From the NCBI RefSeq assembly GCF_018350175.1, contig NC_058368.1, forward strand, positions 67,272,001 through 67,336,000: 64,000 nt of DNA, written 5' to 3'. The notes beneath the pieces are model-generated. The model did no database searches and was not told the DNA's origin. It was given only the letters and a program-made list of their open reading frames with translations. The position numbers were made by a program, and so were the translations under genes. Within the stretch, counting starts at the first letter, position 1, and every line of letters begins with the position of its first letter. The stretch is from Felis catus. Taxonomy: Eukaryota. Shown in pieces: positions 12,689 through 25,906 of the stretch.

Positions 12689-14254
12689 TACTTTTTGTTT
12701 TGTTTTTGCTTTTTGACTTGTCCAGGTAATAAATCAAAGAGAACCTGTATCTGGTACAATGTGATGACTGGAGACTATTTCAAACATTTAAGACAATTTT
12801 CCCACAATCTTTTACCAAGAAACATTACTTTAACATAATTTCTATTGTCCTGATTATAAATTTTCCTTTGTGTTTGTTTATCTAACTCAATACCATGACT
12901 ACATACAAAGCACTGAGCTCAAGAGGATTTTCCAACAATTAGAATCCAACATGGAGCTAGCTGCCATGGACAGAAGGCTGTGAATTGTTATCAGAGTTCT
13001 ACAGAGGGAATTCCTGCAGAGGTCAGAGGAGGGGATACAGTGATATCCAGTGTCCTTTCCAACCCTGAGATTGGGTGAGAGATTTTATTCTGTAATTTGT
13101 GTGATGTCCCAATGACAGTGGCTTGCTTGTGGCAGAGAGAAGCCAACCATTTCTACAAAGACACACAATCTATGTTTCCCTCCAACTTCAGTTCTATATA
13201 CAGCCTTGCCCACAGACACAACATTTCAGAGAACAAGCCAGAATGAGCCCTTTGGGGAAAGTCTCAGTGCCACTTTCATACAAGGGACCCCTCTTCACAA
13301 TGAAAGGAGAGGCTCTATGGGAATCACAGCAACTTTCCATTGTCTGTACACTTCCTGAAATGCCAAGTTTTTTTCTTCCTTCTTTCTCCAGATGTCTTCT
13401 GTTTAAATCATATACTTGTCTCTTCTTCTGAAACCCTCCTCTCATCTGAGGTCGATTAGCATCTAAGTTCTTAGCCCAAGGATAAAAGAGAAGCCAGTGG
13501 ACTTGGAAAGTTATCCGCCTACAGCCTGTGTGTTTTCAAAGTCATCCAACAAATACTTGAGCCCCTACTTTGTGCTCTGAGACAGGTGCTGGGGGCCCAA
13601 GAAGGAGACTCCATTGGTGCTCTTCCAGGCTAACAGAGGAAGGAAGAGGAGAAAGGAACAGATACAGGAAAGTCGATGAGGGGGAGATCAGGGAAGGGGA
13701 AGGTCCTAATCTCATGGAGGAGGAGATTTGCTGGTCAAAGGGTATTTCACTTTCCCCCTGAAGGAGGAGGAAGAGTCAATAAAAAGGGGAAAGGAGCTGC
13801 CGGGCAGGGGAAAGGCTGGTCCAAAAGTCCAGAACAAAAGAGACTTTGGTGAATTTGAGGATCTGAAAGAGGTTAAGAACTGTTGGAGTGTAGGCTTGAG
13901 AGAGATAATGTCTTGAAATGAAGCAAGGGAGGAAAACAGACACCAGATGAGGAGGGGCTTTTCACAGAACTCTCTCAAAGTGTCCACAATATTTCCAACT
14001 TGACCTGTGGATATATTCTTCAGTACTAAAAGAGCTCTTTCCCAGCTTCTTAAATTGCATATCAGAATTTTTCACTGAGTAGTCAAAACTCAACATTTGT
14101 TGAGCGCCTACTAGGGTGCCAGGCATGGTACTAGGTCATGGAAGAAAAACATTGATAACCAGTGGCTCTCTTAGTAAGGAGCTAAAAAAATCATGTTCTT
14201 TTTAAAACACCAAATGTTAACCACAACAAATATATCCAAGCATCAAGAGATAAA

Positions 14255-14551
14255 GGGTACCCGCGTGGTTTAGTCAGTAGAGTATTTGACTCTTGAGTTT
14301 GGCTCGGGTCATGATCCCAGGATTGTGGGATCAAGCCCTGTGTGATTCTCTCTGTGTCTTCCTTTCCTTTTGCCCCTCTCCTCCACTCTCATGCTCTTTC
14401 TCTCTCAAAAAAAAAAAAAAAAAAAAAAAAGGAATGAACAGACAAAAAATTAAAGGCTAAAAAAAAACCCCTACATCAATTCCTTTAGACCAAATTTAAA
14501 ATTTTTTTTTTAATTTTGAGAGAGAGTGAGCATGCCTGCAAGAAGGGGAGG

Positions 14552-14587
<36 letters not shown>

Positions 14588-14712
14588 CAAGCAGGCTCCA
14601 CACTGGCAGCACAGAGCCTGATGAGGGGCTCAAACTCACAAACTATGAGACCATGACCTGAGCTGAAATCAAGAGTTCGATGCTTCACGAACTGAACCTC
14701 CCAGGTGCCCCC
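14255..14712. mobile_element. Two Can-SINEs tail-to-tail (14255-14430 +, 14500-14712 -)
   Basis: Heads, CT/GA tracts and tails are visible for both. Confidence 0.88.
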
Positions 14713-14807
14713 AGACTAAATTTTAAAAGAATAGGATACTTATTACTACAGGTAATATGGTAAATCTAAGGCAATAGGGTTCTAATTCCTTTGATAGAAT
14801 GCTTATT

Positions 14808-15140
14808 TTTAAAACTTGAGATATAATTGACATATATGTGTTTCTGGTATAAAACATAATTTGATATTTGTATATATTATGAAATGATCACCACAATAAG
14901 TGTAATTAACATATACCATCACAGTTACAATTTTTTTTTGTGGTAAGAATTTCTACGATCTACTCTCTTAGTAACTTTCAAATATACAATATGGTATTAT
15001 TAATTACAGTCACCATGTTAAACATTACATCCCTAGAATTTCTGTATCTTTTGACTGGAAATTTGTACCTTTCGACCCACTTCACCCATTTCACCCACCC
15101 CTCACCTTTGTCAAACACCAAACTGTTCTCTGTATTTACA
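14808..15140 (-). mobile_element. L1MA9/L1_Carn-like 3' end
   Basis: gatataattgacat...gatctactctcttagtaactttcaaatatacaat...ttgtacctttcgacc. Confidence 0.85.
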
Positions 15141-15292
15141 AGCTTGGTTTTGTTTTTTGGCTTTTTGGTGGGGGGTTGACAGAATGTTTGAAAATTAAGA
15201 ATGTAACAAGAGGGGACTCAGTTGGTTAACTGAGTAGGGGTGAGACCTGATCGAATTTGCCTTTGCGGAAGAGGCTGCTATCCCATAAACCC

Positions 15293-15450
15293 TGCTACTT
15301 GTAGTCCATGGACCAGCAGCAGAGCAGCACCTGGGAGCGTAGTTAGACAGTGTAGAATCTCAGCCCCATCTGGACCTGTTGAATCGGAATCTGCATATTA
15401 ACAATATCCCCGGGTGATCTGTATGCACATCCAAATAGGAACAGCGCTGG
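15293..15450. mobile_element. MER5-family element
   Basis: gaccagcagc...cacctgggagc...gaatctcagcccc...gaatcggaatctgcatattaac motif series. Confidence 0.78.
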
Positions 15451-15581
15451 CACCAATTATAGACCCGTGGACAGATGGAGGAGAAGAATGTGTGGTTACT
15501 TATGGAGGCTTCTTGGAGGTGGCACCTGGCAATGAAAGCCAGTTGCCATTTGGGAAGAAATGAGATCTTTTGTCTACAACC

Positions 15582-16140
15582 ATGGTTCTCAAACTTGGCT
15601 GCAATGTGGAATCGCAGTGTGGGTATTTTGAAACGTATTGATTCCTGGGGCCCCTGGCTGGCTCAGTTGGTAGAGCATGTGACTCTTGCTCTCAGGGTTG
15701 GGAATTTAAGTCCCAAATTGGGCGTGGAGTCTACTTAGAAAACAAACAAAAAAAAAGGGGGTGCCTGGGTGGCTCAGTTGGTTGAGCATCTGACTTTGGC
15801 TCAGGTCATGATCTCACGGTTGGTGTGTTTGAGCCCCACATTGGACTTGTTGCTGTCAGCACAGAGCTTTGGATCCTGTCACTCTCTCTCGCTGCCCCTC
15901 CCCCACTTGCACTCCCTCTCTCTCTGTCTGTCTCTCTCAAAAATAAATAAAACATTAAAAAGAATAAAAGTAAATAAAGATGAAGACCCTAAGATTTAAC
16001 ATAAAGAAATAAATAAAAAGTGTTGATTCCTGCCTCCGCACCCCAGAGATTCTGACTTCATGGAGACCAAAACTCAGCGCGGGGATTTTACAGAGCTCCC
16101 CAGGTGATTCAAATTTGCAGCTAAGCTTGTGAACCACTGC
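15582..16140. mobile_element. MER5-family hAT-Charlie element split by two stacked plus-strand SINEs (15647-15740, 15757-15960)
   Basis: catggttctcaaact... start and ...ctccccaggtgattc...gaaccactg end; TSD aaacgtattgattcct / aaaagtgttgattcct. Confidence 0.8.
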
Positions 16141-16370
16141 GCCCTTCGCCCTATTTAACATACAGTGCACTATACCTGGATGAGGCAACGGTACACAGTG
16201 GTCAGGTGCTTCCAGTGCAGGACCAGCAGCTCCTGTTCAGGTGTTTGGAGGGTGGGATGCTTGGCAAGGGGAGAGGAGGTTAGGACCTGGACCCCTCCTG
16301 CTCTTCCTGTGCCCTTCCGGGTCCGCGCGCCACGCCTTTTCACGCTCCTCACACGGATGTGTGGATTCTG

Positions 16371-16384
16371 CTTCCCCCTAGTGG
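16371..16384 (-). promoter_or_regulatory. CTCF-like motif CCACTAGGGGGAAG
   Basis: One mismatch to the core; adjacent CpG cluster and ETS-like CTTCCGG at 16314-16320. Confidence 0.5.
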
Positions 16385-16589
16385 CGGTTTTCTAGTATGA
16401 CACCGCTGTCTCCGGTTTCCTACAAATCCTGCGTTCCTGACAAACCCGAAAGCCTCCAGGTGTGCTGTCGATGGGTGGGAAATCCTAGGACTTGTGCCCA
16501 GGGAGCAGCTGGACAGTGACTTCTGGAGTTGCTTCTTCACAGGAAAGCTCAGGGAGTTCTTTTTTTTAAATGAAGCTTCATTCCTTGTT

Positions 16590-17010
16590 TTTTTGTTTTT
16601 TCGGTTTTTTTTTGTTTTTTTGTGTTTATTTTTGGGAGAGAGAGAGTGAGGAGGGGCGGGGCAGAGAGAGGGGGGTGGAGGATCCGAAGCGAGCTCTGTG
16701 CTGACAGCAGTGAGCCCGATTCCGGGCTTGAACTCATGAACCATGAGATCATGACCTGAGCTGAAGTCAGATGCTCAACCGACTGAGCCACCCAGGCGCC
16801 CCATGGAGTTCTTTTTCTGTTTTGTTTCGTTTGTTTTTTATTTTTGAGCAAGAGAGAGTGTGAGCAGGGGGAAGGGCAGAGAGAGGGGACACAGAGGACC
16901 CGCGCTGACAGCAGAGGACCCAATGCGGGGCTCGAACTCATGAACCATGGGATCATGATCTGAGCCAGCTGAAATCAGACACCCAACCGACTGAGACACT
17001 CAGGTGCCCC
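16590..17010 (-). mobile_element. Two tandem Can-SINEs
   Basis: Bodies at ~16590-16802 and ~16830-17010; ggagttct recurs at three junctions. Confidence 0.9.
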
Positions 17011-17774
17011 ATGGGAGTTCTGTGTCTCTGGCCAAGCACTGGTCTGACACAGGGCTGTGACTGGAGCCTAAGTGGCTTCCTGTGCTTGGGGCTTAGGGAA
17101 ATTCACCTTATCAGCCAGTGGCAAGTGCCTATGACATCAAGCATCAGGAAGCCCGGAGGTATAAGGTAACATTCTTCTACTAAAGCACAGCCAGCCCTTA
17201 TCCATCTCTGTGTGGCAAGGACATGTCTTTGCTGAATTATCACATTTAATACGAACCCAAGACTGGCAGGTGTTAGGATCCCCATCTTATGGACAAGGAA
17301 ACAAGCCCACGGAGTGTCAGTAACCTGCTCCAGGCCGTATACCTTGCATGTGGCAGATGCAGACTCTGAACCCATGCCGGTAGGACTACACTATCTGTCC
17401 CAGCTGCTCCCATGTCCCCTGTGTGGAGGGGGGACCCCGGACGTCTCGCTTGCCCAAAGATTTGCACTGTGGCTTCAGCCTGAACCCCATTTGAGTTCAG
17501 AGGGTCCCTCCAGGCACCTGCAGCTCCTTTTTCTCCCTATGATGCGCGGACTCCTGTACTTCCCTCTGCAGGGCAGCCCCTGGGAGCCCCCCATTTGGCG
17601 GGGGGACACCCTTGCCCTGTTCTGGCAGAAAGCCTCTCCCTGCAGCCGACTCTGGGGTGGGGAGGATCAGGCCGTATTACGAAGAGCGTCTCCCTTTGAC
17701 CTGGCTTCCCCCTTCTTTTCTCCCCTGAAGCTTCCTGCTTCTCCACTCGGTCCTCACTGCGAGTCCTTCTGCAG

Positions 17775-17950
17775 CTCTGGTGTGGGTCAGAATCACCAGG
17801 GGTTGCTGGTTGGAATGCAGACTCCTAGGCTCCAGCCCCAAAGACTCTGATTCAGGGGACTCACAAGTGGGGCCTGGGAGTCTGCATTTTTTAAAATTCC
17901 GAACCCTGTGGATTCTGATGCGGGTGGTTCTCAGAGCTTACTCTGAGAGC
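17775..17950. mobile_element. MER5-family element
   Basis: cagaatcaccaggg...aatgcagactcctagg...ctgattca...tggggcctgggagtctgcatttt. Confidence 0.78.
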
Positions 17951-18519
17951 ATGCAACACACATGCCAGTAAGATTGGTGGGCCCCACATCAAGAGCAGAA
18001 ATGAAGGCCCATACTATATGTTTAAGTATTTAGAAGTTAGGAATCAAGCTCCCAAATGGTGAAATATACCTTCACAAATACCTGGCAGGCTGGGATTCCT
18101 GCAGTCTGGAGTTCCCAGCCGGAAGGTTGACAGCACAGGGGGAGCTGACCCCAGCCCCTAGCACCCCCCCCCTTTCTCTTCCCACCTCTGGTTCTGACTG
18201 ACCCTTTCTGTGCCCTGTAGAATCTGCTACTCAAGCCACAGGACACCCTGCTTCACATCCAAGCCCAAGCCACCTTCTTCCCACCCCATAAACAGCTTAT
18301 CTTGACCCCCTGACCGGCTAGGAGATGGACCCTGCGGAGACGGTCTGCTTTAGCTCTGGAGGCAGGAATTCTAGGGTTCTAGGTCCTCAGGGCATGACCT
18401 AAATGGGGGAGGGGAGCTCCAGGTAGACAGCCGCATGTCCCCACTGGCTGCTGCACCCTTGGGACGGTGCGACCAGAGGATGAGGTGAGCAGAGCCATCT
18501 AAACCAATGCTCCTCACCT

Positions 18520-18709
18520 TTTTTTTAAGTTTGTTTATTTATTTTCAGAGATTGAGAATCAGAGAGAGAGGGAGAGAAAGAATCCCTAGCAGGCTCTGAG
18601 CCGTCGGCGCAGAGCCTGGCATGGGGCTGGATTCTACTAACCGTGAGAACGTGACCTGAGCCGAAATCAAGAGCCAGATGCTTAACCGGCTGAGCCCCCC
18701 GGGTGCCCC
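18520..18709 (-). mobile_element. Can-SINE
   Basis: Reverse body; TSD tgctcctca. Confidence 0.88.
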
Positions 18710-18711
18710 TG

Positions 18712-18860
18712 TGCTCCTCAAATTTTAATGTGAGGAGGAATCACCTGGGATCTGAAGATTTGGAATCAGTAGGTCTGGGGCACAGACCAAAATTCTGTGT
18801 TTCTAACAGCCTCCGGGCAAAGCCAGTGATGCTTGGTTTACAGGCCACACTTAGAACAGG
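18712..18860. mobile_element. MER5-family element, with the L1 inserted at its end
   Basis: gaatcacctggg...tcagtaggtctgggg...ttctaaca...gatgc...ccacact. Confidence 0.7.
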
Positions 18861-18867
18861 GCAGCTC

Positions 18868-20070
18868 ACACCATTCACAAAAATAAACTCAAAATGGATA
18901 AAGAACCTGAATGTGAGACAGGAAACCATCAAAACCTTAGAGGAGAAAGCAGGAAAAGACCTCTCTGACCTCAGCCGTAGCAATCTCTTACTCGACACAT
19001 CCCCAAAGGCAAGGGAATTAAAAGCAAAAGTGAATTACTGGGACCTTATGAAGATAAAAAGCTTCTGCACAGCAAAGGAAACAACCAACAAAACTAAAAG
19101 GCAACCAACGGAATGGGAAAAGATATTCGCAAATGACATATCGGACAAAGGGCTAGTATCCAAAATCTATAAAGAGCTCACCAAACTCCACACCCGAAAA
19201 ACAAATAACCCAGTGAAGAAATGGGCAGAAAACATGAATAGACACTTCTCTAAAGAAGACATCCGGATGGCCAACAGGCACATGAAAAGATGTTCAGCGT
19301 CGCTCCTTATCAGGGAAATACAAATCAAAACCACACTCAGGTATCACCTCACACCAGTCAGAGTGGCCAAAATGAACAAATCAGGAGACTATAGATGCTG
19401 GAGAGGATGTGGAGAAACGGGAACCCTCTTGCACTGTTGGTGGGAATGCAAACTGGTGCAGCCGCTCTGGAAAGCAGTGTGGAGGTTCTTCAGAAAATTA
19501 AAAATAGACCTACCCTATGACCCAGCAATAGCACTGCTAGGAATTTATCCAAGGGATACAGGAGTACTGATGCATAGGGCCACTTGTACCCCAATGTTTA
19601 TAGCAGCACTCTCAACAATAGCCAAATTATGGAAAGAGCCTAAATGTCCATCAACTGATGAATGGATAAAGAAATTGTGGTTTATATACACAATGGAATA
19701 CTACGTGGCAATGAGAAAAAATGAAATATGGCCTTTTGTAGCAATGTGGATGGAACTGGAGAGTGTGATGCTAAGTGAAATATGCCATACAGAGAAAGAC
19801 AGATACCATATGGTTTCACTCTTATGTGGCTCCTGAGAAACTTAACAGGAACCAATGGGGGAGGGGAAGGAAGGAAAAAGGAAAAAAGAGGTTAGAGTGG
19901 GAGAGAGCCAAAGCATAAGAGACTGTTAAAAACTGAGAACAAACTGAGGGTTGATGGGGGGTGGGAGGGAGGAGAGGGTGGGTGATGGGTATTGAGGAGG
20001 GCACCTTTTGGGATGAGCACTGGGTGTTGTATGGAAACCAATTTGACAATAAATTTCATATAAAAAAAAA
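18868..20070 (+). mobile_element. Young 5'-truncated LINE-1 (felid L1_Fc-like): ORF2 C-terminal ~320 codons, 3' UTR, poly(A)
   Basis: Uninterrupted ORF2 frame to the stop at 19836, including the CCHC knuckle [19 protein letters not shown]-rich 3' UTR, AATAAA and A tail. TSD agaacagg(g)cagctc at 18853-18867 and 20071-20084. Confidence 0.97.
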
Positions 20071-20089
20071 AGAACAGGCAGCTCTAGGG

Positions 20090-20400
20090 CAGTGTGGGCA
20101 AGGTTTCTCTGTACAGGGCTAGGGGGTCAATCTTTCAGATTTGTGAGCTACACGGACTCTGTGCAAATCCTCAGCTCTTCTGGCAAAGCACAAAGCAGCC
20201 AGGCCCAGACAAAACGTAAATGAATGAGCAGGGTCATATTCCAATAAAACCATACTTATGGGCACTGAAATTTGAATTTCATGTAATTTGCCTACGACAC
20301 AAAGCATTCTTCTTTTGATTCTTTCAGCCCAAAATATAAAAACTATTCTTAGCTCATAGGCCAAACAGAAACAGATAGTGGGTCAGACTTGGCCCCAAAT
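20090..20400. mobile_element. MER58B-like hAT-Charlie element
   Basis: ttccaataaaac...ggcactgaaatttgaatttcatgtaattt...attcttagctc...ttggccc. Confidence 0.8.
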
Positions 20401-20544
20401 CTCTGAAAGATAAGGATGTTGTAACGTAACCCCAACACCAACATCACACCTAAAACTAATCAGCAATAATTATTTAACAGTCAGATACCTTTTAAATGTT
20501 TGAATTTCTAATTGTCTCATAAAGATAGGTTCACCACCATTTAA

Positions 20545-20855
20545 AAATTTTGTTTTACTCAGTTAACAGTGCAATGTTGGTTTCAGGAGAATTCAGTGAT
20601 TCATCACTTAGTACAACACCCAGTGCTCATCACAACAAGCGCCCTCCTTAGTAGCCATCCCCTAACTAGTCCATCCCTCATCCAGCTCCCTCCAGCAGCC
20701 CTCAGTTTGTACAGAGAACAAACTGTCTCCTGTGGTTTCTTTCTCCTCTCTCCACCCACTTCCCATAGGTTCATCTGTTTTGTTTCTTAAATTCCACATA
20801 TGAATGAAATCATATGGTATTTGTCTTTCTCTGACTTATTTCACTTAGCATAATA
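20545..20855 (-). mobile_element. Older carnivore L1 3' end
   Basis: acaacacccagtgctcatcacaacaag...ttaaattccacatatgaatgaaatcatatggtatttgtctttctctgac. Confidence 0.88.
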
Positions 20856-20869
20856 ACCACCACCACTCT

Positions 20870-21943
20870 TTTTAAAAATATTTATTTACTTATTTGAGAG
20901 AGAGAGAGAGAGAGAGACAGCAAAAGTTTGCAGGGGAGGGGCAGAGAGAGAAGGGAACAGAGGACCCAAAGCAGGCTCTGCTCTGACAGCAGAGAGCCTG
21001 ACGTGGGGCTTGAACTCATGAACTGCGAGATTACGATCTGAGCAGAAGTCAGATGCTCTACTGACTGAGCCACTCAGGCACTCCATAGCCACCATCATTC
21101 TCAAATACAGAATCCCTGTCCCATCTGTCCTTTTACTTGACTCCTCATCCCCCATAGTAACTCTGCGTCTCAGACCCGGTACATGTGGTCATACTACATT
21201 TCACCAGTAGATGGCACTAATAATCACGACATTTGCTGACTTCCCTTGGCATTTGCACAAGAGAAAACATCATTTGTATGCAATTTGCAATTACAGGTGA
21301 ATATATATATGAACACAAAAAATTGAAAATAGGCTGTTTGCTCCGTGTAACGTGTTCAACCTCAATACATCCCAATTCTGAGGAAAAATTATTGATGTCA
21401 AACAAATTTTCAATTTGTTTTCAATGAAGAGAGTATGGGAAGCCCTTTGCTCAACGTTGAGGTTTATCTCTACTATGTCAACATTTTCAGTGTTAAATCA
21501 TCGAGGCCACTTATGTTTGTATGTTCTTCTGTTTAAGAAAATAGCAAATTGAATCTGTTTGCACAATTGATCTGTGTGTTGAATACTCATTACAAATGAA
21601 CTGCCTGAATTGTACTAAGTGTGCCAACCTCTGAACAAAACAGTTTCTTTTCCAAACTTCCTCTAGCATGTTCTGAACAACAAGGAATCAGGATGTGAGA
21701 TTTGGATGGAATGCATAAGGCCCCCTCAGCTAACAGCAGACATGAAATCTTCCTATGCGATCATATAGCAATTTGATTGTTTTCTGTTGACATTTGCCAT
21801 CATTCTGCCGGTGATCTCCCTTCTTCCTCCCCCCACCACCCTGTGAGAAGCTTAAACTGTTAAAAAGATCTAACTGCTCAATTATGATTAATATTTCATT
21901 TTAAGGACACAAACCCTGAATTGTGCCTTTTTTTTTTAATTTT

Positions 21944-21988
<45 letters not shown>

Positions 21989-23087
21989 TCCCAAGCAAGC
22001 TCTGCATCGTCAACACAGAGCCAATGCGGGGCTCAAACTCAACAACCACGAGATCATGATCTGAACCGAAACCAAGGGTCAGACGATGAACTGACTGAGC
22101 CACCCAGGCACCCCCCATATGATGCTATTAATCCTCCCCCTTTCTGTCCTTTCAATATCTTCAGCAAGAACATTTATTGGATACTATAAATGGCCACTTT
22201 TGTGGCCAAGCAAGACCTTCTTATTTTCTTGCCCAGCTGGGTCTTTTATTTGATGTCTCATCTTGTAATTCCCTAGATAGAAATTAAGACATGTTAGGAC
22301 ATCAGCCTGTGTTAAATTTCTAGTGGGTATCACATATGGCCGTTTCTGGCAGATGATACAATAACTCTGCGATTTATTTGTATATCCTATTCTTCTATAT
22401 TCAAATTTACACAATACCATAATGGCCTTTCTGCTCTTAAAGTCAAATCCTCTGTCCAGGATAGGCCCTAACTTCGCTCTTGGAAGTTAGTTCTCGCCAG
22501 ATTTACCCTGAGAACAAGTTCCTTGTAGTAGATCTTCCCACTTACCCTCCCGGATGTTCTGGAATATCTGGGCTCTTCTCCCCCCTGCAGGGCCACTCAC
22601 TGCCTCTTGGCTGCAGTCCTCTGCCCTGCGTTTCTCAGGCTCTGCCTGTATCGCATCTCCCCTCTTGGTCTCAGCTACCAAACCTTTCCCTACATAAGCT
22701 TCTGACTTCACCGGGCAGTTACATTCCACCTGGAAACAAGCACACAGTCCTACCCGAGGCATTCAGCCCAGGAACACCTTCCAAGTGTGTTCTGTAAAGA
22801 ATTCATACATGGGGAATTTCCACACTTCAAAAAGTTTGGGAAGCAATGGGTTTAACAAACTTATGTATTTTTATTATCTTTTTAAGATTTATTTAGTTTT
22901 GAGAGACAGAGAGAGACAAAGCATGAATAGGGGAGGGGCAGAGAGAGAGGGACACACAGAATCTGGATCAGGCTCTAGGCTCCAAGCTGTCAACACAGAG
23001 CCCAAGGTGGGGCTCGAACCCACTAACTGTGAGATCATGACTGGAGCTGAAGTCAGATGCTTAACCGACTGAGCCACCCAGGCACCT
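20870..23087 (-). mobile_element. Three separate Can-SINEs (20870-21084, 21928-22116, 22865-23087)
   Basis: Reverse bodies with GA tracts. Confidence 0.9.
21204..21217 (+). promoter_or_regulatory. CTCF core motif CCAGTAGATGGCAC
   Basis: Fits CCASYAGRKGGCRS at every position; lies in non-repeat DNA. Confidence 0.65.
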
Positions 23088-23227
23088 CTGCTTTAACAAA
23101 TTTAAAGAGCTTTCTTTAATGCAGGACTTTCCAGAGCCTTTACTTTTCTAATAGACATTGCGAGTCCTCTCAGATAGTAAATATTGAGCATTTTCCAAAT
23201 TGATTTGATTAAGGAACACCCTCCCCT

Positions 23228-23515
23228 ATATTAGTCAGCTCAGGTTGCTACAACAAAATACCACAGACTGAGTGGTTTAAACAGCTGTAACATTTACTTC
23301 CCGCAGTTCTGGAAGCTGGGAAGTCCAAAGTCAAGGTGCCAGCAGTTTTGACTCCTGGTGAAGCCCACGTTGTGGCCTGCAGACCTTGTCTTCTCACTGT
23401 GTCCTCACCTGGCAGAGGGAGGAAGCAAGCCTCATCTAAACCTAACTGCTCCCCTTGGCTCTGTCTCCAAGTACTGTCACACTGGGGTTAGGGCTTCAAC
23501 ATTCTGTCCATAACA
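23228..23515 (-). mobile_element. MaLR solo LTR (MLT1A-like)
   Basis: tattagtc...acaaaataccacagactgagtgg...cagttctggaagctgggaagtcc...ttagggcttcaaca. Confidence 0.85.
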
Positions 23516-23589
23516 TCCTCCATCTGTCTCATTGTGTTGTCTGTAGTGTGTTGTATGGAACAAACCCTGGGACACTTACTCCAGTGCAG

Positions 23590-23850
23590 GCTCTGGAGTC
23601 AGACTGCCTGAGTTGGGGAATCAGACAACCCGGTTTCAAGCCCAGCTCCGCGCCCTAGCTGTGGGACTTTGGATGAGTTTCTCCATCTCTGCTTGCCACA
23701 GTTTCATCGTCTGATGTGATAAAATGGGGATAATAATGGTGCATAGCCCCCAGGTTTGTTGTGAGGGTTCAAGGAGTTGAAACATAGCAAGAGAGTGCAG
23801 CACAGAGTAAGCATTCAAAAAAGTTAGGTACAATTGTGAAATGTTATTAC
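23590..23850 (+). mobile_element. MIR
   Basis: ctggagtcagactgcctg...cagtttcatcgtctg...aaaatggggataataat...gttgtgagggtt. Other MIR cores at ~12140-12220, ~17250-17380, ~41808-42120, ~43200-43370 and ~44210-44320. Confidence 0.8.
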
Positions 23851-25579
23851 TGACAATGAATTGTATCATTAAACCATTTATTGTACTGACTATTAGTAAG
23901 CATGATTAATAATGAATAACACTTATTATAAGGCAATATTTAATTTCAGTTTAGGGTGAATACTGGATTTTACAGCTGGGTCAGGGGCAAGCCTCTCTTT
24001 TAGGTCGCAGGCTCCTAGAGGGCAATGCAGGGCTGAAGAAATCGCGAGAGGGGACGTTGCAAATGTGTGCCAGGAATGTGGAAGTGGTGTGGCTGCGTGT
24101 AAGGGAGAAGGGGCTGCCGACCTCAGTGCCAAGGCTCCACGCCAACCGCCATAGCCCTGGCAGGAAGTGGAGCTGTGAGTCTGCAAAGGACAGACCGGCC
24201 ACACAATGAGGACAGCAGGCCTGCTTGCCACAGTGGTGCTCGTGGTGAGTAACACTGCCATTCATGTTGTCTTTGAGCACAGCAGTTACACGTCCACAAG
24301 CACCTTATCCAATAACCCTCAAACAGGGAGGCTCCAACACTGTGTTCCCCTGGAGTTTCAAGGGTGCAGGGATTCCTTTATGTAACAAGGCAAGGGATTT
24401 GTGCCAGCCAGGAAACCCAAGTGCTCAAAACCTGTTCAACATTTTTGCAGCCAAAGAGCAAGCTGCCAAACATTTTTCTCTCAAAAGAAAACAGGCCACT
24501 GAATGAATACTAGTGGGGGAGAGTCCAAGAGAAAAATCAAAGAAGAGAGGGAAGGGATGTCTTAAGAGAATTAAAAAGATGCTGAGTTTAAATTGAGAAG
24601 ATATTGAACTTGAATATGTTTTAAAACACACACAAAGAGAAAAAACAGAATGCAAGCTGATTTTTTAAAGCCAACTAAGAGAAAATTTTACAATCTAAAT
24701 CAGGGATTCTTTGTTGGGGATCCTGAGATCGGGATGTCTTCCCAAGCAAGGACTTAAAAGGTCAGAATCATGGTCTGAAGCAAGTATGTCTTTGGAGCTC
24801 ACAATTCAGCTCTCATTGCCTGGCATTGTTGGTGCCTCCCCCCACCCCCAGCCCATTAATGTTTTATTGAAATCTCACTGGATGCACGGTGCCAATCCCC
24901 AGATCCTCATTACTTACATAGTCCTTTAGTAGAGTCAGAGTAGAAAATGTTCCAAAGATGTTCTTGTCTTTCCCTAAAGACTCTGTGAGGAGCAACCTGC
25001 ATGGATCAAAGGGGTTACCATGCAGTGAGCGAAGAGAAGAGCATGCCTTGAAGAGGGAACAGCAAATACAAAGACCTTAAAATGGACTAAGTATGGAGCA
25101 TTTGAGGCCAGGGTGGCTGGGATACAGTGAGAGAGGGAGGACAGGGAGAATGACAGGAGCTAGTTCAGGTACAGTTTATAGCCAAGTACAAAAGGATGCC
25201 TAATTGATGTGTGGAGGAAATGAAAGGAGGGGATCTTGGCAAGTGGAGGATCTTTGGCAGATGCACTGAGGGAAGCATCATGTGTTCTGGAACAGGAGTT
25301 TTTGCTGTGAATGGGGCGAAGGTTGAATGATGATCAATGGGAGACAAAGCTCGATAGTTGGGTTGGGACAACTATAACAGGCTAAGGAAGGAATTTGGAC
25401 TTTACCCAGCTAGTGACCATTAGAGGTTTTTGATTAAAGGACTGATCTTATTTTTATTTTAAAAAATGCACTTGCAGCCAGGATGGGTTAGAGTAGGAGA
25501 GAGACATCATCCTGCTAAGGAACCAGGAGAACCAAACTGAGCCAAGAGATAAGATGAAGTAGAGAGGAGGTAGCATGTA

Positions 25580-25863
25580 AGGCAGATACTATCAAGGGCA
25601 GATTTACTTGGTCTTCTTGAGGAATTGACCTTTCATCATTATGAGATGACTCTAATCATCTCTAGTAATTCCCTTTGTCTCGAAGCCTTCTTTGTCTGAA
25701 ATCAATATAGTTACCCTAGCTTTCTTATGATTAGAGTTTACATGGGTATCTTTTTCCATATTTGTACTTTCAACTTGTCTGTGTATTTATATGTAAAGTG
25801 CATATCTCACAAGCAACATATAATTGGGTCTTGTTTTTTAAAAAATATTTTTTAATATTTATT

Positions 25864-25906
<43 letters not shown>

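Noticed and set aside
17314..17850. 178-aa ORF
   Set aside because: Starts in a MIR and ends in a MER5, has a non-ATG start, and resembles no domain I know.
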